From Pseudomonadales bacterium (lineage in GTDB: Bacteria; Pseudomonadota; Gammaproteobacteria; Pseudomonadales; Azotimanducaceae), in contig OZ220680.1 in assembly GCA_965116345.1 (NCBI GenBank), positions 3,976,330 through 4,040,329 of the forward strand: a stretch of DNA of 64,000 nt, read 5' to 3'. Shown here in pieces: positions 9,329 to 19,627 of the stretch. Every line of letters begins with the position of its first letter. Position 1 is the first letter of the stretch. The notes under the pieces are model-generated. The model saw only the letters and a program-made list of their open reading frames with translations. It did no database searches and was not told where the DNA came from. Made by a program: the position numbers and the translations under genes.

Positions 9329-12300
9329 GTGTGGCTCTCGGACACATCCGTCAAACGACCGGTGTTCGCGACGGTTGTCGCCCTGGCGCTGGTCGCGTTC
9401 GGGTTTCTGTCCTTCAGCCTGCTGCCGCTGCGCGAGTACCCCGACATCACGCCGCCCGTGGTGTCCATCAGCACCGCGTATCCGGGCGCTTCGGCCGACG
9501 TGGTCGAGAGCCGGGTGACGACCGTCATCGAGGACGAGATCAGCGGCATCCCCGGGGTCAAATCCGTGCGCTCGTCGAGCCGGGACGGCGGATCCTCCAT
9601 CAACCTCGAGTTCGACCTCGGCAGGGACATCGACAAGGCGGCGAACGACGTCCGCGACCGGGTCGCGCGGTCCATGCGCGTCCTGCCCGAAGACGCCCGT
9701 CCACCGGAGGTCCGCAAGCAGGATTCGGACGCCCGTCCGGTGATGTACATCAATGTCGTCAGCTCGGTGCTCGGACGCATGGAACTGACGGACTACACCG
9801 ACCGCTACATCGCCGACCGCTTCGCCGCCATCCAGGGAGTGGCCAACGCCGGCGTCTACGGGGCGAGGCCGGCGATGCGCATCTGGGTGGACCGGTTGGC
9901 ACTCGCAGCACGGGGACTGACCGTGAACGACATCGAGTCGGCGCTCAGGCGCGAGAACCTCGAACTCCCCGCCGGTCGTATCGAGACCGACGACAGGGAA
10001 CTCACGGTGCGCATCGCCCGCGGCTACGAATCCGCCAAGGAGTTCCGCGAACTCGTCATCACCCGGGGCGACGACGGCCACCTCGTCCGCCTGGGGGAGG
10101 TCGCCCGCGTCGAGGTGGCGCCGTTGGACCGGCGCTCCATCTACCGTGCCAACGGCCTGCCGACGGTGAGCATCGGCATCATCAAGCAGTCCACCGCCAA
10201 CACGCTGGAGACGTTGGAGCAGGTCAAGGAGGAGATCGACCGGATCAACGACACGCTGCCGGCGCACATGCGGCTGTCGACGGGTTCCGACGACTCGGTG
10301 TTCATCCGCGCCGCCATCAACTCCGTGTACCGCACCATCGCGGTGACCACGGTGCTGGTCAGCCTGGTGATCCTGGTGTTCCTGGGATCGCTGCGCACCA
10401 TGGCCATCCCGGCGGTGACGATCCCGGTATGCCTGGTATCGGCCTTCATCGCCCTGGCCGCGTTCGGCTTCACCGTCAACCTCATCACCCTGCTGGCGCT
10501 GGTGCTGTCCATCGGTCTCGTCGTGGACGACGCCATCGTCGTGCTGGAGAACATCCACCGCCGCATCGAGGAAGGCGAGTCGCCGCTGGTGGCGGCGTAC
10601 CGGGGATCCCGACAGGTTGCATTCGCGGTCATCGCCACCACCGCGGTGCTGGTGGCGGTGTTCACGCCGATCATGTTTCTCACCGACAACATCGGGGCCA
10701 TCTTCGGCGAGCTTGCGGTGACGATCGCCGCCGCGGTGGTGTTCTCGAGCGTGCTGGCGCTCTCGCTGACGCCGGTGATGTGCGCCAAATTGCTTCGCCC
10801 GGCGGCGGTCGAGAACCGCATGTCCCGGACCGTCAACCGGGGCTTCGCGGCGCTGCGGCGAGGCTACGGCCGCATCCTGCGGGTACTCATCCGGCATGCC
10901 TGGGCTGCCGTGCTGGCGGCGGCAGTGGCGTTGGGTGCCGCCTATTGGCTATTCGAGTCGGTGCCCCGGGAGTACGTTCCGGAGGAGGACCAGGGCGCCT
11001 TCATGGCGATGTTCTCCGGTGCCGAAGGCATGGGCATCGAGCGGATGAAGACCGAGGCCCTGAAGCTGGAGCTGCCGGCATTGCAGATGGTGGAGGAGGG
11101 CATCGCCGACGTCGTCGTGATGGCGGTTCCCGGGTGGGGCGGCAACGCGTCCAACAGCGGCGTGATCATGGTCGTGATGAAGCCCTGGGGAGAGCGGCAG
11201 GTGACCACCAAGGCGGCTGCCGCCCGCGCCACCGCCGAGTGGCGCAACGTCGCCGGCGTCCGGGCGTTCGCCTTCGTCCGTTCGGGCCTGTCGCGCATCG
11301 GCGGCGGCCAGCCCGTGCAGTTCGTCCTCGGCGGTCCCGACTACGACACCCTGGCCCGCTGGCGGGATGTGATCATCGAGCGGGCGACGGAGTTTCCGGG
11401 CCTCACCCGACTCGACAGCGACCTGCGGGAAACCCGACCGCAGGCCGTGGTCCGCATCGACAAGAATCGTGCCGCCGCCCTCGGGGTCTCGGTGCAGAAC
11501 ATCGGCCGGACTCTCTCGGCGATGATGAGCGAACAGCGCATCACCACCTACGTCAAGGACGGCGAGGAGTACGACGTGATCCTGCAGGCGCGCGACGATC
11601 AGCGCGCCTCGGCGCAGGATCTCGCCAACATCTACGTCCGCTCGGACCTCGGCGGCGAGCTCGTGCCGCTGGCGAACCTCATCCGGGTCGAGGAGCTTGC
11701 CGGCCCGGGTAGCCTCAATCGCTACAACCGGCTGCGTTCGGTCACCATTTCGGCGAGCCTCGCGCCGGGCGTGGCGCTCGGCGACGCACTGGAATTTCTC
11801 GAGAGGATCGTCCGCGAGTCGTTTCCCGACCAGGCCCGCATCGACTACCAAGGCGAGTCGCTGGAGTACCGGGAGGCGACCGGCAGCCTGTTGTTCACCT
11901 TCGGCCTGGCGCTGCTGATCGTGTTCCTGGTGCTTGCCGCGCAGTTCGAGAGCTTCGTGCATCCATTCGTTATCCTGGTCACCGTGCCGCTGGCCATGAC
12001 GGGGGCGCTTCTCGGGCTGTATCTCACCGGCTCGTCGATCAACATCTACAGCCAGATCGGCATCGTCATGCTGATTGGCATCGCGGCCAAGAACGGTGTG
12101 CTCATCGTTGAGTTCATCAACCAGCGGCGCGATGCCGGCATGGCCTTCGAGGAGGCCATCATCGAGGCGTCCGGTGTGCGTCTGCGCCCGGTGATCATGA
12201 CGACGATTTCGACGGTGATGGGTTCCATCCCGCTCATTCTCGCCACCGGAGCCGGTTCCGAGAGCCGCACCGTGCTCGGCATCGTGGTCTTCTCCGGCGT

Positions 12301-12427
12301 GTCGCTGGCCACCTTCCTGACGCTGTTCGTGGTGCCCTCGTTCTACGCCCTGCTGGCCCGGCGGACGGGATCGCCGAACAGCGTGGCGAGGAAGCTCGCG
12401 GCCGGTCTTTCGGACGAGGCCGGTTGA
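9329..12427 (+). CDS. RND multidrug efflux permease (AcrB/MexB HAE1 family)
   Basis: 1032 aa, 12-TM architecture, conserved VVDDAIVVLENI and IGIAAKNGVLIVEF motifs. Confidence 0.95.
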   Translation: MWLSDTSVKRPVFATVVALALVAFGFLSFSLLPLREYPDITPPVVSISTAYPGASADVVESRVTTVIEDEISGIPGVKSVRSSSRDGGSSINLEFDLGRDIDKAANDVRDRVARSMRVLPEDARPPEVRKQDSDARPVMYINVVSSVLGRMELTDYTDRYIADRFAAIQGVANAGVYGARPAMRIWVDRLALAARGLTVNDIESALRRENLELPAGRIETDDRELTVRIARGYESAKEFRELVITRGDDGHLVRLGEVARVEVAPLDRRSIYRANGLPTVSIGIIKQSTANTLETLEQVKEEIDRINDTLPAHMRLSTGSDDSVFIRAAINSVYRTIAVTTVLVSLVILVFLGSLRTMAIPAVTIPVCLVSAFIALAAFGFTVNLITLLALVLSIGLVVDDAIVVLENIHRRIEEGESPLVAAYRGSRQVAFAVIATTAVLVAVFTPIMFLTDNIGAIFGELAVTIAAAVVFSSVLALSLTPVMCAKLLRPAAVENRMSRTVNRGFAALRRGYGRILRVLIRHAWAAVLAAAVALGAAYWLFESVPREYVPEEDQGAFMAMFSGAEGMGIERMKTEALKLELPALQMVEEGIADVVVMAVPGWGGNASNSGVIMVVMKPWGERQVTTKAAAARATAEWRNVAGVRAFAFVRSGLSRIGGGQPVQFVLGGPDYDTLARWRDVIIERATEFPGLTRLDSDLRETRPQAVVRIDKNRAAALGVSVQNIGRTLSAMMSEQRITTYVKDGEEYDVILQARDDQRASAQDLANIYVRSDLGGELVPLANLIRVEELAGPGSLNRYNRLRSVTISASLAPGVALGDALEFLERIVRESFPDQARIDYQGESLEYREATGSLLFTFGLALLIVFLVLAAQFESFVHPFVILVTVPLAMTGALLGLYLTGSSINIYSQIGIVMLIGIAAKNGVLIVEFINQRRDAGMAFEEAIIEASGVRLRPVIMTTISTVMGSIPLILATGAGSESRTVLGIVVFSGVSLATFLTLFVVPSFYALLARRTGSPNSVARKLAAGLSDEAG

Positions 12428-12440
12428 GGGCGAGCCCGGT

Positions 12441-14684
12441 TCACTGACTGCCCATCAACTCCTCGAGCAACGTCTCCTGGTCGACCACTTCGGTGCCGAC
12501 CGCTTCGATCACGACGTCGACGATCCGCCCATCGAAGACGAACGGCGACTCGTAGACGTCGTCGACCGGGGTCTGACTGTCACGACCCACGTCCAGGGGT
12601 TCGTTGACGAAGTTGTGGTAGCGGAACGGCGCCAGGACGCCACCGCCCGCGGCCTCGCCGTCGACGAAGAAGCGCACCCGACCCTCGTCGGGTCCGGTGC
12701 GCACGACGTCTGCGCGCAGGGTGACGGCACCCGGCGGAATGGCGACCGGGGACGAGACCCGGCAGCGGTCACCGAAGTTGTTGGTCGTGTAGTGCATGCG
12801 GTTGCCGAGAACGTAGATGCTCCAGCCGCCGAAGCGCCCGCCGTCGGCGATGATGGTGCCGGCCGAGTCGGTGGATTCGCGGTCGATGCGGGCGGTGATT
12901 CGATGCGACACGCCCCGCACCCGCGGTCCTGCGCGGAAGAAGTGCGGCAGCACGGCATCCTGGTAGAGCACCCAGCGGTTGCCGGGTTCCGGCCACCAGC
13001 CGACACCGCGACGGCCGGTCAGGTCGTCCAGCGGTAGTACTCCGTAGCGCTCGGCCTCCCGCCACCAGAGGCTGATGAGTTCTTCGAGTTTTTCGGGATG
13101 CTCGTCGGCCAGGTTGTCGATCTCGGCGAGATCCCGGTCAAGGTGGTAGAGCTCCCAGACGTCGTCGTCGAAGGAGGTCCCGCGATGGTGGAAGGTGACC
13201 GCCTTCCAGCCCTCGTGCCAGATGCCGCGTTGGCCGATGGTCTCGAAGTACTGGATCGTCTTGCGGGTGTCCGCGTTGTCGTCGTTCAGCGTGTGCGCCA
13301 TGGAAACGCCGTGCAGCGGGATCTGCTCGACGCCGTTCACCTGGCCCGGTAGCGGCACCGCCAGGAGATCCAGCAGGGTCGGGGTGATGTCGACGACGTG
13401 GTAGAACTGGCGGCGGGTCTCGCCGCGGGCGTGGATGCCGTTGGGCCAGCGGACGACCAGCGGCGCGCGAACGCCGCCCGCGTAGGTGTTGCCCTTGTAG
13501 CGCTTGAACGGCGTGTTTCCCGCCATGGCCCAGCCGAACGGATAGTGGTTGTAGGTCAGCGGTCCGCCCATGTCGTCGAGGCGCTTGAGGTTGTCCTCCA
13601 CGCTGCTGCCGAAGCCGTTGCGCGACCGCTGATGGTCGTAGGTACCGTGGGGACCGCCCTCGGAACTGGCGCCGTTGTCGGAGATCGCCATGACGATGGT
13701 GTCGTCGCGCTTGCCGAGCGCGTCGATCTGCTCGAGGAGACGGCCGATCTGCACGTCGGTGTGGTCGAGGAAGCCCGCGAACACCTCCTCGAAGCGTGTC
13801 GCCAGCCGCTTCTCGTCGGGCTCGAGATCGTCCCAGACCTGCACCCCGGGATTCCGCGGCGCGAGCCGCTGATCCGGTGGCAGGAGTCCGGAAGCCTTCT
13901 GGCGCTCGAGTGTATGCACGCGCGCGGCATCCCAGCCGGCGTCGAATCTGCCGCGGTACTTGTCGGCGTAGGCCCGTGGCACGTGGTGCGGGGAATGTCC
14001 GGCGGCGAAGGCGACGTAGAGGAAGAACGGGCGGTCCGGATCGGCGGAGACGAGTTGGCGCAACCACTTGCAGGATTGGTCGACGATGTCCTCGGAGAGG
14101 TGGTAGTCGTCGCGGTCGGGTGGTTCGATCCGTTCGTTGCCCTGGATGAGTTCGGGGTCCCACTGGTTGGTCTCACCCGCCAGGAAGCCGTGGAAGCGGT
14201 CGAACCCCCGCTGCAGCGGCCAGTGGTCGTACGGCCCGGCAGGGCTCGTCTCGTTGATCGAAGCGAGGTGCCACTTCCCAGCCGCGAGGGTGTGGTAGCC
14301 GTGGGGGCGGAGCATTTCCGCGACGTTGGCCGCTTCCTTCGACACGAATCCGCGCGTGTTGGGGAAGCCGTTCGTCATCTCGGCGACACGGCCCATGCCG
14401 ACGCTGTGGTGATTGCGGCCGGTGAGCAGACAGGTCCGCGTGGGCGAACACAGCGGCGTGACGTGGAAGTTGGCGTAGCGCAGCCCGTCGGTCGCGAGGC
14501 TGTCCAACGCGGGCGTGTCGATATCCGAACCGTAGCAGCCGAGTTGGGAGTAGCCCACATCGTCGAGGACGATCATGACGATGTTGGGGCGTCGTTCGAG
14601 CACCGAGGGCGATGGCGACCACGACGGCGTGGACTCGTCCACCGTGCGCTTGATGACCCCGTCGAATAGCCGGTCGTGCTCCAT
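12441..14684 (-). CDS. Arylsulfatase (Cys-type, formylglycine-dependent) with C-terminal extra domain
   Basis: CSPTRTCLLTGRNHH sulfatase signature; ~747 aa. ATG 14684 is preceded by AGGAAGGGGG; an alternative ATG lies at 14702. Confidence 0.9.
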   Translation of the reverse strand: MEHDRLFDGVIKRTVDESTPSWSPSPSVLERRPNIVMIVLDDVGYSQLGCYGSDIDTPALDSLATDGLRYANFHVTPLCSPTRTCLLTGRNHHSVGMGRVAEMTNGFPNTRGFVSKEAANVAEMLRPHGYHTLAAGKWHLASINETSPAGPYDHWPLQRGFDRFHGFLAGETNQWDPELIQGNERIEPPDRDDYHLSEDIVDQSCKWLRQLVSADPDRPFFLYVAFAAGHSPHHVPRAYADKYRGRFDAGWDAARVHTLERQKASGLLPPDQRLAPRNPGVQVWDDLEPDEKRLATRFEEVFAGFLDHTDVQIGRLLEQIDALGKRDDTIVMAISDNGASSEGGPHGTYDHQRSRNGFGSSVEDNLKRLDDMGGPLTYNHYPFGWAMAGNTPFKRYKGNTYAGGVRAPLVVRWPNGIHARGETRRQFYHVVDITPTLLDLLAVPLPGQVNGVEQIPLHGVSMAHTLNDDNADTRKTIQYFETIGQRGIWHEGWKAVTFHHRGTSFDDDVWELYHLDRDLAEIDNLADEHPEKLEELISLWWREAERYGVLPLDDLTGRRGVGWWPEPGNRWVLYQDAVLPHFFRAGPRVRGVSHRITARIDRESTDSAGTIIADGGRFGGWSIYVLGNRMHYTTNNFGDRCRVSSPVAIPPGAVTLRADVVRTGPDEGRVRFFVDGEAAGGGVLAPFRYHNFVNEPLDVGRDSQTPVDDVYESPFVFDGRIVDVVIEAVGTEVVDQETLLEELMGSQ

Positions 14685-14870
14685 GTGTCCCCCTTCCTTC
14701 ATGTTTCGTTTCCCCCTTGCGCCTTGTTGGTTCCGTTAGCTTAGCCGGTTGCGGCCCAGCGCGGCATTGTCACCCGTCGCGCGTTGGCTGGGCGACCCGA
14801 ACTGCCGTCGCGGACGGAAACCCGTAACATGGTCGGCGCACGGGATGGCCCGGGCAATGGATGGGGAGGC

Positions 14871-16304
14871 ATGGCGCGCGCAAGGGGGACACCGGCCCCG
14901 TCGAGTTTCTACTGGTACGACCTGGAGACCTCGGGTACCCATCCGGGCAGCGACCGCATCATGCAGTTCGCGGGCTGCCGGACCGACACGGATCTCGAGG
15001 TGGTCGACGAGCCCTACGTGACCTATGTCCGTCTAGGGCGGGAGGTTCTGCCGAGCCCCGAGGCGTGCCTGGTCACGGGCATCACGCCGCAACGTGTCGA
15101 TGCCCAGGGCGTCGATGAATGGCAGGCGATCCGGCAGATCGATTCGACCCTGCGAGTGCGCGGCACCTGCGTCGTTGGCTACAACAACCTGCGTTTCGAC
15201 GATGAGTTCCTGCGCCACACCCTGTATCGGAACTTGATGGATCCCTACGCCCGCGAGTGGCAGGAGGGCAACTCGCGCTGGGATCTCATCGACCTGGTCC
15301 GGGCGACCTGCGCCCTGCGTCCGGACGGCGTCAACTGGCCGGAGGAGGAAGGTATCGTGACCTTCGCCCTGGAACGCCTGTGTGCCGCCAACGGCATCGA
15401 CCACGGCAACGCCCACGATGCGCTGGCCGACGTCAACGCGACCGTGGGCCTCGCGAGGCTCATCCGCGAGGCCCAGCCGAAGCTCTGGGACTACGCCCTA
15501 AGGCAACGATTCCGCCACGCGTGCGGTGCGCTGCTGATGCCCTTGGGCGAGAACCTGGGCGTACACGTCTCCAACCGCTACGCCAACGAGCGCTTCTGCG
15601 CCGCGCCCGTGGTCTCCGTGGCCATGCACCCGGAGTACGACAACCGGTTCATCGTCGCGGATCTGTCTCGGGACGTCTCCCCGCTCGTCGAGTGCGATGC
15701 GGCCGAGCTGGCCGGGCGCCTGTTCGCCGACGACCTGCCGGCGGCGGAGGAACGGCCTCCGATCAAGGTGGTGCAGACCAACCGTTGTCCGTTCCTCGCG
15801 CCGATCAACGTCGTCCGGCAACAGGACGCCGCGCGCCTGGGGTTCGACATGGAGGAGATCGAGCGCCGTCGGGAGACCCTCCAGGCGATGCAACCGGGGC
15901 TCGCCGAGAAGATCGCGGAGATCTACCGTCCCGACCAGGACCGCGGTCCGGCGGAGGATCCTGAACTCGGCCTCTACGACGGCTTCGTCGACGAAGCGGA
16001 CCGGTTCGCGATGGAGCGTCTGGGCAGGACGCTTGTGGCAGGCGGAGCGTGGCCGGATTTCCGGCCCCGGGACGAGCGGCTGCGGACACTTGCGGAGCGT
16101 CTCAAGGCGCGCGTGCGTTCTGATGAGCTGGCGCCGGACGAGGGAGAACGCTGGCAGGAGCACGTCCGTCGATGCCTGGGCGAGGGATTCGGACGCCGGT
16201 CGTCGCTTGCCGACTACAGGAAGAAGGTGGCGGACCTGTTGGATGCGGAGTCGGACCCGTCGCGCCGAGAGGTGCTCGAAGAACTCGCCGCGTACGAGCC
16301 GTGA
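14871..16304 (+). CDS. sbcB: Exodeoxyribonuclease I
   Basis: FYWYDLETSG..DRIMQFAG (ExoI motif), NNLRFDDEF, HDALADV; ATG 14871 with a GGGGAGG SD. Confidence 0.9.
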   Translation: MARARGTPAPSSFYWYDLETSGTHPGSDRIMQFAGCRTDTDLEVVDEPYVTYVRLGREVLPSPEACLVTGITPQRVDAQGVDEWQAIRQIDSTLRVRGTCVVGYNNLRFDDEFLRHTLYRNLMDPYAREWQEGNSRWDLIDLVRATCALRPDGVNWPEEEGIVTFALERLCAANGIDHGNAHDALADVNATVGLARLIREAQPKLWDYALRQRFRHACGALLMPLGENLGVHVSNRYANERFCAAPVVSVAMHPEYDNRFIVADLSRDVSPLVECDAAELAGRLFADDLPAAEERPPIKVVQTNRCPFLAPINVVRQQDAARLGFDMEEIERRRETLQAMQPGLAEKIAEIYRPDQDRGPAEDPELGLYDGFVDEADRFAMERLGRTLVAGGAWPDFRPRDERLRTLAERLKARVRSDELAPDEGERWQEHVRRCLGEGFGRRSSLADYRKKVADLLDAESDPSRREVLEELAAYEP

Positions 16305-17038
16305 CCTCCTCCCGCGACAACGCCATCGTCTTCGAAGGCGTCGGCAAACGGTTCGACGACTGGGTCTTCCGGGGCGTCGATCTCGCCCTGCCGGCACGGG
16401 CCACCAGTGCCATCGTCGGCGAGAGCGGCTGCGGCAAGACCACCCTTCTACAGCTCGTCAACGCCGTTCTGCGACCCGACGAGGGCCGCATCGACGTCCT
16501 CGGCGAGGCCGTGCCCGACGACGGCCTGGTAGCCTTCAGACGGCGAATCGGCTACGCCGTCCAGGGTGCGGGATTGTTCCCACACCTGACCCTCGAGGAG
16601 AACGTCTCGCTGATCGCGCGGTTGCAACGATGGCGCCAGGAGGAGATCGACGCGAGGCGCAGTGAACTGTTCGATCTGGTGGGCCTCGGCCCGGATCTGG
16701 ACCAACGCTACCCCCACCAGTTGTCCGGCGGGCAGCAGCATCGGGCGGGACTGTGCCGGGCGATGATGCTCAAACCCGAGATGCTGCTCCTGGACGAACC
16801 GTTCTCGGCCATCGATCCCATTACCCGCACCGAGATCTACGGCCAGTTCGAGACTCTGCGTGGCCACGAGCCGGTCACCACCGTGCTCGTCACCCACGAC
16901 ATTCGCGAGGCACGCCGTCTGGCGGACTATCTGGTCATCATGGGGGAGGGCTCGGTGGTGCAGGCGGGGCCGACCGATTCGGTGGTGGCGTCGCCCGCCG
17001 ACGGCCTCGTGCGGCGCCTGTTGGAGTCGGCGGAATGA
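16301..17038 (+). CDS. Osmoprotectant (betaine/choline/carnitine-type) ABC transporter ATP-binding protein
   Basis: Walker A GESGCGKTT, signature LSGGQQHR, Walker B LLLDEPFSA. GTG start overlaps the sbcB stop (GTGA). Confidence 0.85.
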   Translation: MTSSRDNAIVFEGVGKRFDDWVFRGVDLALPARATSAIVGESGCGKTTLLQLVNAVLRPDEGRIDVLGEAVPDDGLVAFRRRIGYAVQGAGLFPHLTLEENVSLIARLQRWRQEEIDARRSELFDLVGLGPDLDQRYPHQLSGGQQHRAGLCRAMMLKPEMLLLDEPFSAIDPITRTEIYGQFETLRGHEPVTTVLVTHDIREARRLADYLVIMGEGSVVQAGPTDSVVASPADGLVRRLLESAE

Positions 17039-18543
17039 GCGTGCGCGGCTTCGTCGTCGCACTGGGGCTGGCCTTCGGAGCGGCGGCTGCGAGCGCTGCG
17101 GATGAGGCCATCGTCGTCGCCAGCAAGAACTTCACCGAGGCCTACATCCTGGGCGAAGCGGTGGCGCAGCTCTTGGAGAGCGAAGGCTTCGAGGTCGACC
17201 GCAAGCTGGGCCTGGGCGGCACCAAGATCTGTTACGACGCACTGGTCGCGGGGGACATCGACGTCTACGTGGAGTACACGGGAACCATCGCGGAGGCCAT
17301 CAAGAACATCGACGGCGAGCCGACCCGCGAACGCCTCGCCGACGTGCTCGCTCCCGACGGTGTCGAGATGCTCGAGACCTTCGGCTTCAACAACACCTAC
17401 GCACTCGCGGTCTCGGAGCAGGTGGCGACGGCACGTGGTCTGACGCGGATTTCCGATCTGGGTTCGTATCCCGCTCTGCGCATGGCCGTGTCCCACGAGT
17501 TTCTCGAACGCGGCGACGGCTGGCCGAGCCTGCAGCGCGCCTACGGCATCGAGGAGGTCCCCGCCGGCATCGAGCATGCGCTCGCCTACCAGGCCATCGC
17601 CGACGGCGCCATCGACCTCACGGACGCCTATTCCACCGATGGCGAATTGAACCGCTATGCGCTGACGGTGCTCGACGACGACCTCGGGTTCTTCCCCGTC
17701 TACCTGGCCGTGCCGCTGGCGCGTTCCGACCTCGATGCCCGCGCCAAGGACGCGTTGCGGCGTGTCGCCGACACGTTGAACGACGCCGAGATGCGGGAGA
17801 TGAACGCGGCGGCGGTTTTGGGCGGCGAGAACACCGTCACGGTGGCCACGGCGTATCTGGTGGACAAGGGAATCGTGGCCGGCGATGGCGCTGCCGATGG
17901 GCCACGGTTTCGCGATTCGCTGACGGGCCGTCTCGCCGCCAACACCACGCGGCACCTGGAACTGGTGCTCCTCGCGCTGTTGCCGGCCAGCGTCCTGGCC
18001 GTGCTGCTCGCGCTCGCCATCTTCAAGTCGCCGGTGCTCTCCCGTGCCGCGGTCTACGTCGCCGGACTGCTGCAGACGGTGCCGTCGATCGCACTCCTGG
18101 CGCTGCTGATTCCGCTTGCCGGGATCGGCGTGTTGCCGGCGGTCGTGGCGTTATTCCTCTACGCGCTGCTGCCGATCCTGCGCAACACGGTCACCGGCTT
18201 GACGTCCATCGAGCCGACACTCCGCCGCGTCGCGGTGGCCATGGGACTCTCACCCGCAGAGGAACTGCGCCACGTCTTCGTGCCGCTGGCCATGCCGAGC
18301 ATCATCGCCGGGGTCCGCACCGCCGCGGTGATCAGCATCGGCACCGCCACGCTCGCCGCCTTCATTGGCGCCGGCGGACTCGGCGATCCCATCGTCAAGG
18401 GACTTGCCTTGAACGATACGCGGCTGATCTTGGAAGGTGCGATCCCGGCTGCCTTGCTGGCGGTCGTCACCGAGCTGGTGTTCGAACAGGTCGAGCGTTG
18501 GTTGGTGCCGGGCCACCTCCGGGCGACGAACGCCGGCGGTTGA
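17034..18543 (+). CDS. Fused osmoprotectant-binding domain + ABC permease
   Basis: Signal peptide, OpuBC/OpuCC-like binding domain (NFTEAYILGE..DVYVEYTGT), then permease TMs (EAA-like loop). ATGA overlap with the ATPase gene. Confidence 0.85.
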
Positions 18544-18554
18544 TCAGACCTTCC

Positions 18555-18710
18555 CTAGGTATCCTCTGATCAAGCCCGTCCATGGGCTTGATCAGGAGAA
18601 AAACAAAAGCGCGGTTTTGTTTTTCTGACAAATTCAGTGGCTTGCGCCACCGAATTTGGCGGCACGTCCTTGTGCCGCGCTAGGGAAGGTCTTAATCAGA
18701 CCTTCCCTAG
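18555..18710 (+). mobile_element. MITE-like element, copy A (156 bp)
   Basis: Ends CTAGGTATCCTCTGATCAAG / CTTAATCAGACCTTCCCTAG form a 15/20 imperfect TIR, with 4-5 internal hairpins. One loop nucleotide differs from copy B. Preceded by an extra half-site ATCAGACCTTCCCTAG at 18543-18558. Confidence 0.8.
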
Positions 18711-19507
18711 GCCGAATCCGCCCCCGAGGACTCGCGCTGGCCGGCGATTCTCGCCTGCATCCGGCGCATGCCGTTCAACCACCGCTCCAGGTCGCTGGTC
18801 TTGCGCGCCATCCACGTCTCGGCGATGGAATCGGTGAGAATCAGGAAGCGCTCCGCGTAGACCGCATCGGAGACCATGCGGGCGACTTCTTCCGGCTCCT
18901 TGACCGGCCCCGCGGCGGTGCTGGCGAATGCCGACGAGCCATCGCCCAGCATGGGTGTTCGCACCCCCAGTGGCGCGAGCAGGGACACCCGGATGCCGTT
19001 GTCGTGGTAGGTGATCGACAGCCATTCGGCGAGCCCGACCACCGCGTGCTTGGTGACCGCGTAGGTCAGGTTGCCGTGACTCGTGAGGATGCCCGCGATG
19101 GACGCCGTGTGCAGCAGGTAGCCGGACTCGCGTTCGAGCATCGAAGGCAGCACCGCGCGCACCGCGTACACGTGGGCCATGACGTTGACCTGCCATTGCT
19201 CGTTCCAGACGTCGATTTCGGTATCGAGGGGTGTTCCGCCGGTGGCGATGCCGGCGTTGGAGAAGAACACGTCCACCGGGCCGTTCGTGCGTTCGGCCTC
19301 GGCCACCAGGGCGTTGACGTCCGCCTCGTTCGCCACATCGCAAACCACCGCGTGTCCGTCGATCTCCCGGGCCACGCGGCGGGCGTCGTCGCCGTTGACG
19401 TCGGCAACCACGACGCGGGCACCCAACCGGGCGAACTCGCGCGCTGATGCCGCGCCGATGCCGCTGGCGCCGCCGGTGATGATGGCGTGCTTGTCCGCCA
19501 GGTCCAT
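18707..19507 (-). CDS. Short-chain dehydrogenase/reductase (SDR)
   Basis: TGGASGIG cofactor motif and YAVTKHAV (YxxxK). ATG 19507 preceded by AAGGAGGG. The stop TAG lies in the MITE terminal CTAG. Confidence 0.9.
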   Translation of the reverse strand: MDLADKHAIITGGASGIGAASAREFARLGARVVVADVNGDDARRVAREIDGHAVVCDVANEADVNALVAEAERTNGPVDVFFSNAGIATGGTPLDTEIDVWNEQWQVNVMAHVYAVRAVLPSMLERESGYLLHTASIAGILTSHGNLTYAVTKHAVVGLAEWLSITYHDNGIRVSLLAPLGVRTPMLGDGSSAFASTAAGPVKEPEEVARMVSDAVYAERFLILTDSIAETWMARKTSDLERWLNGMRRMQARIAGQRESSGADSA

Positions 19508-19627
19508 TGAACTGCCCTCCTTCACAACGCGGGCCGACGCCAGTGGACGCCAGCGGTGCGTTCTTGGCGTTTCCTCGGACGACAGCGTAGCATCCGCCGC
19601 TTGGCATCGTGCGGGGAGGTGGAGAGC

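Noticed and set aside
9179-10897. 572-aa minus-strand ORF and the 808-aa +2-frame ORF (9286-11712) inside the RND pump gene
   Set aside because: Both overlap the unmistakable AcrB-family reading frame and have RGD/HR-rich composition typical of off-frame GC-rich sequence.
12441-14684. Absence of a formylglycine-generating enzyme next to the Cys-type sulfatase as an anomaly
   Set aside because: FGE or anSME genes are frequently unlinked to sulfatase genes. Nothing can be concluded from a 64-kb window.
18637-18837. Small ORFs translating the MITE copies (for example MACATEFGGTSLCRAREGLNQTFPRP at 18637 and its relative at 63680-63946)
   Set aside because: The shared peptide arises only because the repeat is translated. 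The ORFs cross element boundaries into unrelated sequence and lack start context.
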